A program made the translations under genes and the position numbers. DNA of 64,000 bases from a virus (Duplodnaviria; Heunggongvirae; Uroviricota; Caudoviricetes), in IMG/VR virus record IMGVR_UViG_3300018080_000120. One strand, 5' to 3'. Shown here in pieces: positions 45,271 through 56,000 of the stretch; positions within the stretch are counted from its first letter, which is position 1; every line of letters starts with the position of its first letter. The notes below the pieces were generated by a model. The model made no database searches, had not been told where the DNA came from, and worked only from the letters and a program-made list of their open reading frames with translations.

Positions 45271-45826
45271 AATAATAACATTAATGATAATAGCGGCAAT
45301 TATTTATTCTTCTGCCGCTGCCGCACAAAACCTGGAAGTGATTGTGCCTGATTATAAAGTCAGTGCTTTAACACAGGCTATTATTGATTTACATCCAAAG
45401 ATAGATTCGGTGATTGCAAATAAAATTGCTTATTGTGTTATGTCAGAGTGTACAAAGAAAGATCTTGAACCCGCACTCATAACTGCATTAATTTACGTTG
45501 AATCCACTTTTAATCCACTGTCAGAAAGCAAAAAGGGAGCATGTGGATTAATGCAAGTTCGATACTCAATTTGGAAAGAAACTGACATTCTGATTAAGAA
45601 CAACGTAACTTCACGAGATCAATTATTTTGGATAGAAGCCAATATAAAGTGTGGAACAGACATCTTTCTAAGATATTATGAAAGGGCGGAAGGGGATATA
45701 GGCAAAGCTTTATACAGATATAATACTGGCAAAAGCTTGCCTGGTAAAACTAAACCTACAAAGATAAGGTATATAAATAAGGTGGTATATACTGCCTATA
45801 TTATTTTGTCAAAAATAGGAGGTTAA
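45260..45826 (+). CDS. lytic transglycosylase (SLT domain) with signal peptide
   Basis: ESTFNPLSESKKGACGLMQV = SLT catalytic motif (E-S...GLMQ). Confidence 0.85.
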   Translation: MKHKIITLMIIAAIIYSSAAAAQNLEVIVPDYKVSALTQAIIDLHPKIDSVIANKIAYCVMSECTKKDLEPALITALIYVESTFNPLSESKKGACGLMQVRYSIWKETDILIKNNVTSRDQLFWIEANIKCGTDIFLRYYERAEGDIGKALYRYNTGKSLPGKTKPTKIRYINKVVYTAYIILSKIGG

Positions 45827-45832
45827 GAAAGG

Positions 45833-47122
45833 GTGATGAATTTCGGAAACTTAAACAGAAAGTTATTAAGGAAGGTTTGGGAAAGGGAGATGGAATTTGC
45901 TATGTTAGGAGGAGACCCTGAGTTCTTTGTTGCAAATAAAAAGGGCAAAATTCTTCCAGCGGACAAATTTCTTCCAAGTAAATATAAACCTTACAAGGTA
46001 AATGCGATAAGTGATTCAAAAGACAAAGAATGGCAAAAGAATCGCATTTATTTTGATGGCATTCAAGCCGAAATGGCGGTAGCGCCATGTACTTGTAGAG
46101 AAGATTTGCTATCTAATTTCTATAATTGCTTGAGAGGGGCAGAAAGAAAGATTGGAACCAACCAGATAATTCTGAAGCCTTCGGTTAAAGTTGATTTCAA
46201 AACCATCGAAGAGGCTGACCCCGAAGCGAGGATATTTGGGTGTGACCCTGATTTTAATGCGTATACCCTTACTCAGAATACTCCAGAAATGGATGCTTCT
46301 CGTCATCCATATCGATATGCTGGCGGGCACATTCATCTTGGTATAATTAAAAACTATCTTGAAGAGATCCCAGAAAATCAACGCGTGATAGCAATGGAGC
46401 CTGAAGGGCATATTCGTCTCGTGAAGTTCCTGGATGTTATGGTTGGTATTCCTGCTTTGTTGCTTGATAATGTACCTGGATCAAAGAGGAGAAGATCAAA
46501 ATACGGTAAGGCTGGTTGTTTCAGACCAACACCATACGGTATAGAATATAGAACTTTGAGCTGTTGGTGGCTTAAGTCGCCCATTACTGCGTCCTTAGTT
46601 TATGGCCTCGCAAGAATGGCATGGAGTCTGTGCATACAAAAGCTGGACGAAGAAGTAAGAGAAGCCGCAGGATGCGCTGAGGAGGATATCAGAGGAATTC
46701 TTGATTCTGGTGATGTAAAAGCTGCCACAAAATTGTGGGAAAATCATTTAGGTCCTCATATAGCTGGTATGTATAGTGAAAGTGAAAATCCCCTGCATAT
46801 AGGAGCATTCACTTCTCCCGATTATGCTTATTTGGACCCCAAATGGGAACCGTTAAAAGGAAGTAGACCCAGTCTTCTAGCTGGTAGAGCGTTAGACCCA
46901 AAAGAGGATGGCCTTCCAGTCTTCACTCTTGCAGCTTTTGAATATATGAGGAAGAACGGAATTCACAGTGTCATAAATGAAGATGTCAAGACAGAATGGG
47001 ATATAGATCAGAGAAGAGCTTTAGAAGCTCCAAACAGCGGAATGGTTGAAGGCTTATATGAAAAGCTACGCTTTCATCCAGATTTCCATAAATTCCAAGA
47101 ATCTTTTCTTGGAGCATTTTAA
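45833..47122 (+). CDS. glutamine-synthetase-like amidoligase superfamily protein (paralog A)
   Basis: LGGDPEFF N-terminal metal-binding acidic motif, YAGGHIHLGI (HxH), shared with 62027 product (GCDPEFFL, FHIHFGLP, ELRP). Confidence 0.4.
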   Translation: MMNFGNLNRKLLRKVWEREMEFAMLGGDPEFFVANKKGKILPADKFLPSKYKPYKVNAISDSKDKEWQKNRIYFDGIQAEMAVAPCTCREDLLSNFYNCLRGAERKIGTNQIILKPSVKVDFKTIEEADPEARIFGCDPDFNAYTLTQNTPEMDASRHPYRYAGGHIHLGIIKNYLEEIPENQRVIAMEPEGHIRLVKFLDVMVGIPALLLDNVPGSKRRRSKYGKAGCFRPTPYGIEYRTLSCWWLKSPITASLVYGLARMAWSLCIQKLDEEVREAAGCAEEDIRGILDSGDVKAATKLWENHLGPHIAGMYSESENPLHIGAFTSPDYAYLDPKWEPLKGSRPSLLAGRALDPKEDGLPVFTLAAFEYMRKNGIHSVINEDVKTEWDIDQRRALEAPNSGMVEGLYEKLRFHPDFHKFQESFLGAF

Positions 47123-47140
47123 TTTCAGGGAGGATAAGAG

Positions 47141-47410
47141 ATGAAAAGAGTGATAGTAGGACTATTAACAAAAGGTCAGGTGCTCACGGTAGGAGAAACG
47201 GCTTATCAGGGCCTCGTAATAAAAACCATCCAATATCGGCAAAATGGGCAGGATAAAATAAATGTTGGTACTCCAGGATATCGTGTTGAGATGGCCGATG
47301 AAAACACTTCATTGAATTTGTTCGTGCCAGAAAGAGATACAGAAGGTGCTCTGTTTATTGAGGAGAAAACCAAAAAGGGGGATGAAGTGGAGGTAGCCAG
47401 TGCAGATTGA
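47141..47410 (+). CDS. hypothetical protein
   Basis: 89 aa. Confidence 0.5.
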   Translation: MKRVIVGLLTKGQVLTVGETAYQGLVIKTIQYRQNGQDKINVGTPGYRVEMADENTSLNLFVPERDTEGALFIEEKTKKGDEVEVASAD

Positions 47411-48155
47411 TAAAAAACACAATGTAGTTATTTTAAACAATGACTATTTATATGCAGGGCCGTTCGAAGATTCTGCGAATATCTCATTTCATATAGACGA
47501 TATTGTTCCTGGTAAAACAGACCTGGTTCTTTTTACAGGCGGCGCTGATGTCCATCCAATGCTCTACAAAGGAAGAGACTGTGGCATCTCAGCGACCAAT
47601 ATTGGAAGGGATGGTAAAGAAAGGCACATCTTTAACTTTTGTAAAAAGCATGGAATAAAAATGACCGGAATCTGTAGGGGATTTCAGTTCCTAAATGTAA
47701 TGTGCGGCGGGTTCATGTATCAGCATATAAATAATCATGGTGGCTGTTGCCATCCAGTGAAATTTCACGATGCAGAATTTATCGTGACTAGCACTCACCA
47801 TCAGTTGGTGGGTCTTGGAGAAGGATCTATTCCTATGGCATGGTCATCGGAACGAAGATCTAACGTGTATTATGGTCCTCAAGGAAATAAGGTTTCTCCG
47901 CCAGAAAGAGAGATGGAGGCTGCAATATTTCCTGAAGAAATGGCGATGGGTGTGCAGTACCATCCCGAGATGATGTATATCAATGAAGAAGGTAGAATAC
48001 ATTACGAAAAGATGATAAATGACTTTATCTGTTTAGAGATGAGTGATTTTGTCCAAAAATACACCAAAATCAATGGAGGAAAAAGATGGCTCCAAAAGAT
48101 ACGGAAGGCGATGTCAAGAACGAAGCCATTGAGGTTGTCTCAGAAGAGCAATTAA
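47400..48155 (+). CDS. class I glutamine amidotransferase-like / gamma-glutamyl hydrolase (peptidase C26, COG2071) protein
   Basis: GICRGFQFLNVMCGG (nucleophile Cys), VTSTHHQLV, GVQYHPE (His-Glu). Confidence 0.85.
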   Translation: MQIDKKHNVVILNNDYLYAGPFEDSANISFHIDDIVPGKTDLVLFTGGADVHPMLYKGRDCGISATNIGRDGKERHIFNFCKKHGIKMTGICRGFQFLNVMCGGFMYQHINNHGGCCHPVKFHDAEFIVTSTHHQLVGLGEGSIPMAWSSERRSNVYYGPQGNKVSPPEREMEAAIFPEEMAMGVQYHPEMMYINEEGRIHYEKMINDFICLEMSDFVQKYTKINGGKRWLQKIRKAMSRTKPLRLSQKSN

Positions 48156-48880
48156 CCGAGGAAAGTAAGAAGGTAGATGTATTAGATTCTAACTTTCCTC
48201 TATTTAAAAGACTTAGAGAGGAAGCTCCAGGTACCCATAAACATACTCAAACATTAATGAGTATGATAGACAATGTTTGTGCAGCTTTGGGGATAGAAGG
48301 CAGATCTTTAAAAATGGCTGCCATGTATCACGACATTGGTAAACTTTGGGCACCAACAATCTTCTCTGAAAACCAAATTATGGATGAGAATGTGCATGAT
48401 GGATTAGAACCTTGGGTAAGCTATCATTTGTTAACTCGGCATGTCTCTGATTCAGTTACCATTCTTATGGCCAATGATTTTCCCAGCGAGGTGATAAAAA
48501 TAGTCAGCCAACATCATGGTAAATCCATTCTAAAAGCCATCTATGACAAAGCTGTAAAGGCGAAAGGCCGGAAAAGAATAAAAATACCTATGAATGATTT
48601 CCGGTACAAAACCGAAAAGCCCTCCTCTTTAGAATCACTGATTCTAATGCTATGCGATAGCATTGAAGCAAGATCGAGAGCAGTTTACGGCGAACAGAAG
48701 AAAAATGTTGACCCGGCTGTTTTTGTGCTGGATACTTTCAATAGCATTATGGCAGATGGTCAGTTTGATGAGGTTGAAATAAGACTAGGGCATATCAATA
48801 TAATTCAAGAAGCTTTGATATCTGATGTTGGTGCCAATTATCACAAAAGGGTAGAATTTCCTGGAGATAAAAAGCTTTAA
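48086..48880 (+). CDS. HD-domain phosphohydrolase
   Basis: HTQTLMS...AAMYHDIGK...QHHGKS...LMLCDSIEA = H..HD..H..D pattern; 70-nt overlap with upstream gene. Confidence 0.65.
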   Translation: MAPKDTEGDVKNEAIEVVSEEQLTEESKKVDVLDSNFPLFKRLREEAPGTHKHTQTLMSMIDNVCAALGIEGRSLKMAAMYHDIGKLWAPTIFSENQIMDENVHDGLEPWVSYHLLTRHVSDSVTILMANDFPSEVIKIVSQHHGKSILKAIYDKAVKAKGRKRIKIPMNDFRYKTEKPSSLESLILMLCDSIEARSRAVYGEQKKNVDPAVFVLDTFNSIMADGQFDEVEIRLGHINIIQEALISDVGANYHKRVEFPGDKKL

Positions 48881-48892
48881 AGGAGTGAAATT

Positions 48893-49396
48893 ATGTTTGG
48901 CTTAGGAATGAACCTACAACACATCGCGCAAATGAAAGCTCGTAATTTATTGGAATCTGTGAGGAAAGATGAAAAGCAGATAATCAAATATTCTGATGTG
49001 ATTTTAGACATTGGTGACCTTAAAGCATTTAAAGCTCAATGGATATATTTGCTTTTCGCTTATGACGGACAACAGACCGATATGATCGGATGTACTCGCA
49101 AAGAAGACATCGATGAATACGCTGAACATTTCAAAATATTTTCCAACGGTGAAGATCATAAAACTCTTTTGAAATGTTTCCCATTAGATCCTCTCAATCT
49201 GCCATATGAAATTAATATAGGCAAAAATTATAAGATATGGCTTCTTTGCCAAGATTGGTATATAGAGGCATGGGACACGATAAAACAGGTAACCAATGTT
49301 ATTGAATCGATGGTGCAAGACAACTCTACCGCCATAATAGATGATTTTGCGATACTCTTTGGATGCGAAGAAAATTACCCAATTAAAGAGGAGTAG
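48893..49396 (+). CDS. hypothetical protein
   Basis: 167 aa. Confidence 0.5.
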   Translation: MFGLGMNLQHIAQMKARNLLESVRKDEKQIIKYSDVILDIGDLKAFKAQWIYLLFAYDGQQTDMIGCTRKEDIDEYAEHFKIFSNGEDHKTLLKCFPLDPLNLPYEINIGKNYKIWLLCQDWYIEAWDTIKQVTNVIESMVQDNSTAIIDDFAILFGCEENYPIKEE

Positions 49397-49398
49397 AA

Positions 49399-49962
49399 AT
49401 GGCGCGAGAAAAATTTCCTATTGTAAACGATAGGGACGAAATCATTTCATTCACTAATGATAAAAAAATGCTTCATTGTCTAAACATGTCTCATCGCGCT
49501 ATACATATCTTCGTGGAAACTTATGGTGGCAGGTTTATACTTCAAAAGAAAGGCAAAGGAACAGAAAACGAAGGAAAATGGAGTTCTGCTGTCTCTGGAC
49601 ATGTAAGAATTGGCGAGTTTTATCGAGGCGCAGCTGTGCGAGAGATGGAAGAGGAGCTCGGCCTGGAAATTTATTCAGAAGAGCTTGATTATATTGGCAA
49701 ACTCAAGGCTTCTCCAGAAACTGGATATGAATTCATTGAACTCTATATCTATCTTGCCGATAATTCTGAATTAGGTCAAATAAAGCCTTCATCGGAAGAA
49801 ATTGAAGAGTTGGTTATATGTCCTTTAGAAGATATAAAAAAGGATGTTGTGAAAGATAGGGGCATATATTCGGTTCCTTTTTTAATGCTGTTCGATATGT
49901 TTTTAAAATCTGAATATTACAGACTTTCAAAAGGAGTTCAAAAGAAATGCGGAAAGACCTAG
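49399..49962 (+). CDS. Nudix hydrolase
   Basis: GHVRIGEFYRGAAVREMEEELGL = Nudix box GX5EX7REUXEEXGU. Confidence 0.8.
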   Translation: MAREKFPIVNDRDEIISFTNDKKMLHCLNMSHRAIHIFVETYGGRFILQKKGKGTENEGKWSSAVSGHVRIGEFYRGAAVREMEEELGLEIYSEELDYIGKLKASPETGYEFIELYIYLADNSELGQIKPSSEEIEELVICPLEDIKKDVVKDRGIYSVPFLMLFDMFLKSEYYRLSKGVQKKCGKT

Positions 49963-50411
49963 TAGAAAATATATATAATCTCAACAAAGAGCTGGTGGGC
50001 AAAAATGCTTACATTATCATAAGTGATAACTCCATAATTGCTGCAACTTCTAAATATGATTTAAATAACTATTTAGAAGAAGATGAATGTGTTCTCACGC
50101 CAGACCTTGGAGACGAACTTACCGAAGCAAAAATTATATATGGCTACGTTTTTGATATTGAAGAATTGCCATACGAACTGCCTAAAGAAATAGAAGATAA
50201 GAGTATGTTTTTGTTAATAGATTCAACTCAACAATCGATTGCGGTTTATGAATGTAGCTCAATTGAAGAAGCAACAGGTTGGGTTGAATTTCACATTGAA
50301 GATGAGGGGCTTGACATTGAAGATTTTGCTCTAATAGTGGGAGAAGAGCTGTCTTTTAATTTAACTGTTACAGAAACAGGGTCACATATAAGCCCATTGA
50401 TCTTTAAATAG
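49947..50411 (+). CDS. acidic hypothetical protein
   Basis: 154 aa D/E-rich. Confidence 0.5.
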   Translation: MRKDLVENIYNLNKELVGKNAYIIISDNSIIAATSKYDLNNYLEEDECVLTPDLGDELTEAKIIYGYVFDIEELPYELPKEIEDKSMFLLIDSTQQSIAVYECSSIEEATGWVEFHIEDEGLDIEDFALIVGEELSFNLTVTETGSHISPLIFK

Positions 50412-50421
50412 GAGATTGGAA

Positions 50422-50802
50422 ATGCCAGATAATGTAAAAGTAACGGCTAAGCGTGGTTATGGATGCTATGAAAAAACTACTGAAAGAACTGGCAGATTGA
50501 TAGGTCTTGCAAATGAAAAAGAATGCCGAGCAATAATAAACTTGAAAGACGGCGCAAGACGAGCATCTACTCATGGCAATAAATCAATAGATGATATCTA
50601 TGATGATCCACATATATATGAATCTCGATTTGTCTTGGTTTTTAGAGAAGCCGGGTTGCAAAAACTGTTTATTTCTCCAAAGATAAGATCAAAGATGAGT
50701 GATACACTTCAAAAAGGATTTATATGCTGTGATGACAGCCGATACGTATTCGAGATGATTGAAGAAAAGGAGAAAAAACAGGAGGAAAAATGTATTTTAT
50801 AA
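50422..50802 (+). CDS. hypothetical protein
   Basis: SD taggagattggaa. Confidence 0.5.
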   Translation: MPDNVKVTAKRGYGCYEKTTERTGRLIGLANEKECRAIINLKDGARRASTHGNKSIDDIYDDPHIYESRFVLVFREAGLQKLFISPKIRSKMSDTLQKGFICCDDSRYVFEMIEEKEKKQEEKCIL

Positions 50803-51935
50803 AACCTCTCCAGAAAATTGAAGTGGTGGAAAGCGATAAAATATGTAAGCCTGGGAGTATCGGATATATTGCTGCTATCGATGTTGGAGTTCGATTCAAT
50901 ACTAACAGACTTTCGATAGTATTCACTCGATTCGGAAAAGGCGGAAAGAACCGGCTGTCTAACATAAGTTTGGTTCAAAACATTCTGGATGTAAGTTTTA
51001 TTGAGGATGAAGGGCTGCAGAATTCTTTGAAAGTGTGCATACAAGGATATGGCCCTGTAAGAAAGGCCTCCATTGTAAAACCAATACCACATTCCAAAAA
51101 CCTATTGACTATGGATACGTGGGATTTCATGGGATATATTTCAGCTTTTTCTATATTGCTCGATAAAATGAAGTATAGAAGAAATATAGACGGACATTTC
51201 CATGGCCCGACTTATTTTCATGGTGGTAAACTGGTAGAAGAGAGAATGGAAGACATACCCATAGAATTTCTTGGATATGCTTTATGTGGCAAAATGGGTA
51301 GACCGCCTCTGAATACCTTTCTGTATAACTATTTCAAGACAAAAAAGCATCGTCAGTGGTGGCTGGAAAAAATGTATAAATACTATGCCATGAATTTAAG
51401 AGCTCACGTCATTGACAAAATGCGAATTCTTAAAAATACGTTCACCAAGACTAGATTACAATTCAGCGATTGTTTGGGTCTAAAAGCATCTCAATTTATT
51501 AAGCTGGACCCACATTTTGAAATAAAAGGTATGAATGATTTGGCATTTTATAATTTCAAAACACCACCATTGAACAGGGTTCCAACGCCAAGGCCTCAGC
51601 CTGGGAGACGGGCCTATCCAAGAGTGCGGCAGGCTCAAAATCAAGGCTTTATCACTGTTAATATGGAACCCCAACAACTCGGATATGCTTTCGAAAATGG
51701 TCCGGTAGAGGCTCATCCAGCTGAAAATGCTATTCAGGAAGAAGTCCCATCTGTACTTCCAGTCAATCCTCAAATTGTGATAGATGGAATCGATGTTGAA
51801 CTTGTAAGACAGCTTCCATCCCGGCCAAGAAATGGAGATAGATTTAATATAACAGACGTGGAAGGTACTCGACGTACGTATGTATATGACATGGCAATGA
51901 GAGCATACATAAAAACCAGGCCAATCGGAGAATAA
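50790..51935 (+). CDS. hypothetical protein sharing N-terminal domain with next gene; candidate RNAP-associated
   Basis: IEVVESDKICKPGSIGYIAAID vs next gene IIVVESSVSKNGHPNVGDIGYLD. Confidence 0.5.
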   Translation: MYFIKPLQKIEVVESDKICKPGSIGYIAAIDVGVRFNTNRLSIVFTRFGKGGKNRLSNISLVQNILDVSFIEDEGLQNSLKVCIQGYGPVRKASIVKPIPHSKNLLTMDTWDFMGYISAFSILLDKMKYRRNIDGHFHGPTYFHGGKLVEERMEDIPIEFLGYALCGKMGRPPLNTFLYNYFKTKKHRQWWLEKMYKYYAMNLRAHVIDKMRILKNTFTKTRLQFSDCLGLKASQFIKLDPHFEIKGMNDLAFYNFKTPPLNRVPTPRPQPGRRAYPRVRQAQNQGFITVNMEPQQLGYAFENGPVEAHPAENAIQEEVPSVLPVNPQIVIDGIDVELVRQLPSRPRNGDRFNITDVEGTRRTYVYDMAMRAYIKTRPIGE

Positions 51936-51947
51936 AGGAGATCCATC

Positions 51948-53063
51948 ATGATTCAGCGAGGAAAAAGAATAATAGTCGTTGAAAGCTCTGTCTCAAAGAA
52001 CGGGCATCCTAATGTCGGCGATATTGGTTATTTGGATAATGCTTATTTATTTCCTAAACAGAGATTTATTTTAGCAGATGCTTTCTTTTATCAATACAAG
52101 AAAGATGCTACGAAATCTAAAACCCGGCTTGAGAAGAAAGTGTTTATAATAGATCTCAATATGAACAAATCTCTAAAGAATAAAATCCAGAAATCAGGCA
52201 TTTCTAAAAAATATTTTTCAGACAATAATAATGTCATTAACTTAACCGCAGTGGGATTTGATCCACACAGCGAGTTCCATGACACTTCTCCTCAGATATT
52301 TGATCACTGTGGTTTATGGACCTCTTCAAATTTAAATCCTGTAAAAATTCCTTTTGTCCATATTGCAGATGCAAATTGTATAACTTTACAAAGGGAAAAA
52401 ATTTCTGAAATAGATAAAATCAGTGCTTGGTTTGCTTGTTTCGAAGAGGTGTTTCGCAAATCTCGTCGTACAATGATATCTAAAGAAGCACATAATGTTG
52501 TGTCTTCTTGTATAGAAAAACATGTAAAAAAAGTTCACAACAGTAAAGGCGTTATAAAATATACTGTAAACAAAATATCTCCCGTAAGAATAGCCCTTGA
52601 AAGTTCTAGAAGCTTTGTGAAAAGTGTTAGATTTTTGGAAATTATTCTTGACATGGAATTCGAGAGGTACAGAAAATCAATTTTTAATTGGCCAAGAGAG
52701 AACGATCTGAGTAAATTGGCCATAGTATGGAATAAATCGTCTATATTTGAAACTAATAGAATAAGCAATGTAATATTCTATGATATAAGTATATCAGAGG
52801 CCGCAATTGCAATTAAAGTTCTCCGGTTTTCATTATTTCGTGCCCTTTTCGTATCACCAAATACATATAGAGCTTTTAGCCCTTTCGAAAATTTTCTTAT
52901 AATTAACAATCAGTTAAGCCTTTTTAAATCACACGCAGACTTTGCGATATTTTGCGAATTCTGTGATAAAGTTAAGTCGTCTGCTAATCAGAGCAGTGCG
53001 GCTCTTACCCGTATTCTCGATAGGTTGGCCGAACTTGAATCGAAAAGGTCCAACTCGAAGTAA
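51948..53063 (+). CDS. hypothetical protein (paralogous N-terminus to 50790 product); candidate RNAP-associated
   Basis: 371-aa ORF immediately upstream of RNAP gene. Confidence 0.5.
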   Translation: MIQRGKRIIVVESSVSKNGHPNVGDIGYLDNAYLFPKQRFILADAFFYQYKKDATKSKTRLEKKVFIIDLNMNKSLKNKIQKSGISKKYFSDNNNVINLTAVGFDPHSEFHDTSPQIFDHCGLWTSSNLNPVKIPFVHIADANCITLQREKISEIDKISAWFACFEEVFRKSRRTMISKEAHNVVSSCIEKHVKKVHNSKGVIKYTVNKISPVRIALESSRSFVKSVRFLEIILDMEFERYRKSIFNWPRENDLSKLAIVWNKSSIFETNRISNVIFYDISISEAAIAIKVLRFSLFRALFVSPNTYRAFSPFENFLIINNQLSLFKSHADFAIFCEFCDKVKSSANQSSAALTRILDRLAELESKRSNSK

Positions 53064-53090
53064 CCTCAAAATCTAAATAAGGAGGCGAAG

Positions 53091-56000
53091 TTGGGAGAAA
53101 ACATTCAAGGCAGGACAGAGAGTTTGGTTAATGACATAAAATGTGAATTTAACCGACAAAAGGAATATCTTAAGTCCAATGCTGAAATGGATCTTCAAGT
53201 CGCTGATGATCTGCTGAAGATAACTTTTAGCGACGGTAATATCTCTCAAACTCTTTCTATTCCTCTTCCTACTATAAATGAGAAAGGACTTAATCTCCTA
53301 AACAATAACGATGTAACCAGAGTGATGTGTGATTATTGGTTGGAGAGAGAACAAAAACGCTTGAATTATCACGATGTTATCCGAGTGATATTGTGTGGTG
53401 AAATAAATGAAGTAATGCCACATAGGTCAAGTATGGGATCTCTTCTGAGTCGAGTAATAAAAGCATTTAGTCAGAACGCAGTACCATATATGGTCAATTC
53501 TATTCAGCGACTCGTCAGTGAAATTGTCAACGTAATGCCGCTTCATGAAACGGACATGAATAGTTGGGCAATGAATCATCGATTGATAATTATAGACCCA
53601 TTATTTAACGCCCTAACTGATCCAAATGACAGGCTTGAATATCAAGTCGAAAAGAACAAAAAGTATTATAAAAAGTTTGGATGGAGTACAATCGGCCTAT
53701 CTGAAGGAGTCTTGTCCGATAAAAACTTCATTCTAACAACTGATCTTAGAAAACTGACTCCATATGGATGGTATCATAATCCGCAGAGAAATCTTTATTC
53801 CACTCTTGGAATGAAAGGTGATGAGCTTCCAAAAGTAAGATCTCGATCTGAACACGAGCTCATCAAAAGAGGTATTCAACGAAAAGGATGGAATCTTGTC
53901 ACTGCAATAATTGACACTCCATTGGTATTTGAAGACCAAATTCTGGTTGACAAAAGACATGCTGGTCTTTTTCATACTGTGGAAAAAAGATTTGTCGTTT
54001 ATGGCGATAAAATAATGATTAAAAAGGGCGACAAAATTTCTACAGACGGCGTTCTCGGGATATCTAATGACAATGAAAAAGTTCGGATGACATTGAAATG
54101 CGATGAAGCTGAAATTACAGATGTCAAGAAAGAACTGGCAAATGTCGGCGGCGAAGAAGTGGTAACGACTGTTATTAAGGTCAAAGGTAAAAGATATTTC
54201 CGGGATGGCACCAAGTTTTCCAATCTTCATGGAAATAAAGGAATTGTTCGTATGGTAGATCTCGGTTATGCAATAGACCCGAGAGATGGAAAGAAAGTCC
54301 CGATTGATGTTATGATTTCTGCCACATCCATTAACAAAAGAGCCAACTTCGGTCAAATACTGGAAGCTCTGTCCAGCAATCTTATTCCTGAGGATGCAGA
54401 GTATTTGATAATAGAAGATGATCATCAAACTAATAGAACAAAAGTGGAAAATGCTCTGGAAACTGCTGGATTTCCAAAAGATGGTACGTGGATGATTGAT
54501 ACTTATTGCGGTGAACATTCTGCAATAGTTGGCAAAATGTTTTGGGGAGTGACCAAAGATCCAGAAGACCAATTGTGGGAGGGTAATCGAACTCTTGTTA
54601 CAGATAATCGAGAATTGAGAACTTCTGGGCTCAAATTTAGCCATGTTGAATTTAAGGCTCTTACGACTCGGTTTGGCCCTCAAAACGCTGTCACTAAAGA
54701 AATACTTTCGCATGCTCAAGGCATGGAAGTTCTTCACGATGAGATAAAGATTTTGAAATCTGCTCATGGAGAACTGCCAGACAACCTTCCTGAAATAGAT
54801 GCTTCTAATGTGGATTTTGTAGATAATAGCAAAGGGATATTTCACACCGCGACGGAAGTTGCTGGAACAGTTGTGGATGAGAGCTTCATGCCTGATGGAT
54901 TCATTCTTAAATTACCTTGTGATTTTCAGGCAATTGTGAATAAAAAGAACCCTGACCATTTCACTTGTGGAATGCCTCAGGAAATAATTGACCCTGAAGA
55001 AAAGAATGTATATCAATATAATAAAATATTTATACCAAATGCTTTGCTTCGTAGATGTTGGAGGCATCCATCTGGTAAATGGGGACTGAGTGTAACGGGG
55101 TCCCTTATAAATCGAATTATAGAATGGTGCCATCGATTCAAAGCAAGCGGTGATGTAAATGACCAAGTGGTCTTAATGAGAGTAATTGCCAGCTATTTTC
55201 GCAATATTGCAAAAATGATGGGGTCCAAAACTGGCGAATTGAGTACTTATGGAATGGCCGTCCGATATCCTTATTCTACTCGAGCAACTGCTGCACTATC
55301 TGATAATTTGCCAAGAGACACAATCGAAATTCATAGGGACATGGCGAACCTATTGAAGGTTAAGACTGGTGATATAGTCATAGCTGAAAGATTTCCCTGT
55401 CTTGGATTTATGTCCATTCGACCACAGTTTGTTAGAGTAACAGACGATCCGCAATGCAAATATGTGATAAGAGTGAGTGGAAATAGTCTGGTATCCATGA
55501 ATCTGGATTTTGATGGAGATACTCTATTTCTCGCAAGTCTTCATACTCCACAAGCAAAAGAAGCGATGCGAAAGGAATTGACTAATTCGAATACATTGTG
55601 CAAACAAGTAATCGAACAAATGAATGCAAAGAAAGTGCCTCAAACAAAGGAAATGAATCTGGATGGCTTCGAAATTCGAGTCTTTCCGCCGCCAACTAAT
55701 GAAGAACATGCTCAAATAGTGAGAAATGCGACTGGTGTGAAAAGCCATACCGGGCCGGTTATCGCACTTGCTTATAATCTCATGCGGATAGTAGAAAGAA
55801 ATGTGCCTTATTCTGATAATACTCAGCATGTTAATCTTGAGGTTCTTCTTGACTTCCTTGGTAATACTGTTTTTAAACAGAAACATGGTATTAAATCCTT
55901 GCAGGAAGAGGCAACAGATGCCATATGCTTGGCCGATGCGGAAAGAATGGTTGAGCTGGGATTTGAAAGAAGCCCAAGTGAATTATTGTGCAGATTGATT

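Noticed and set aside
53733-54845. 370-aa minus-strand ORF
   Set aside because: It lies entirely inside the + strand RNAP gene, has low-complexity composition, no RBS and no recognisable motif. This is typical of an antisense shadow ORF in AT-rich DNA.
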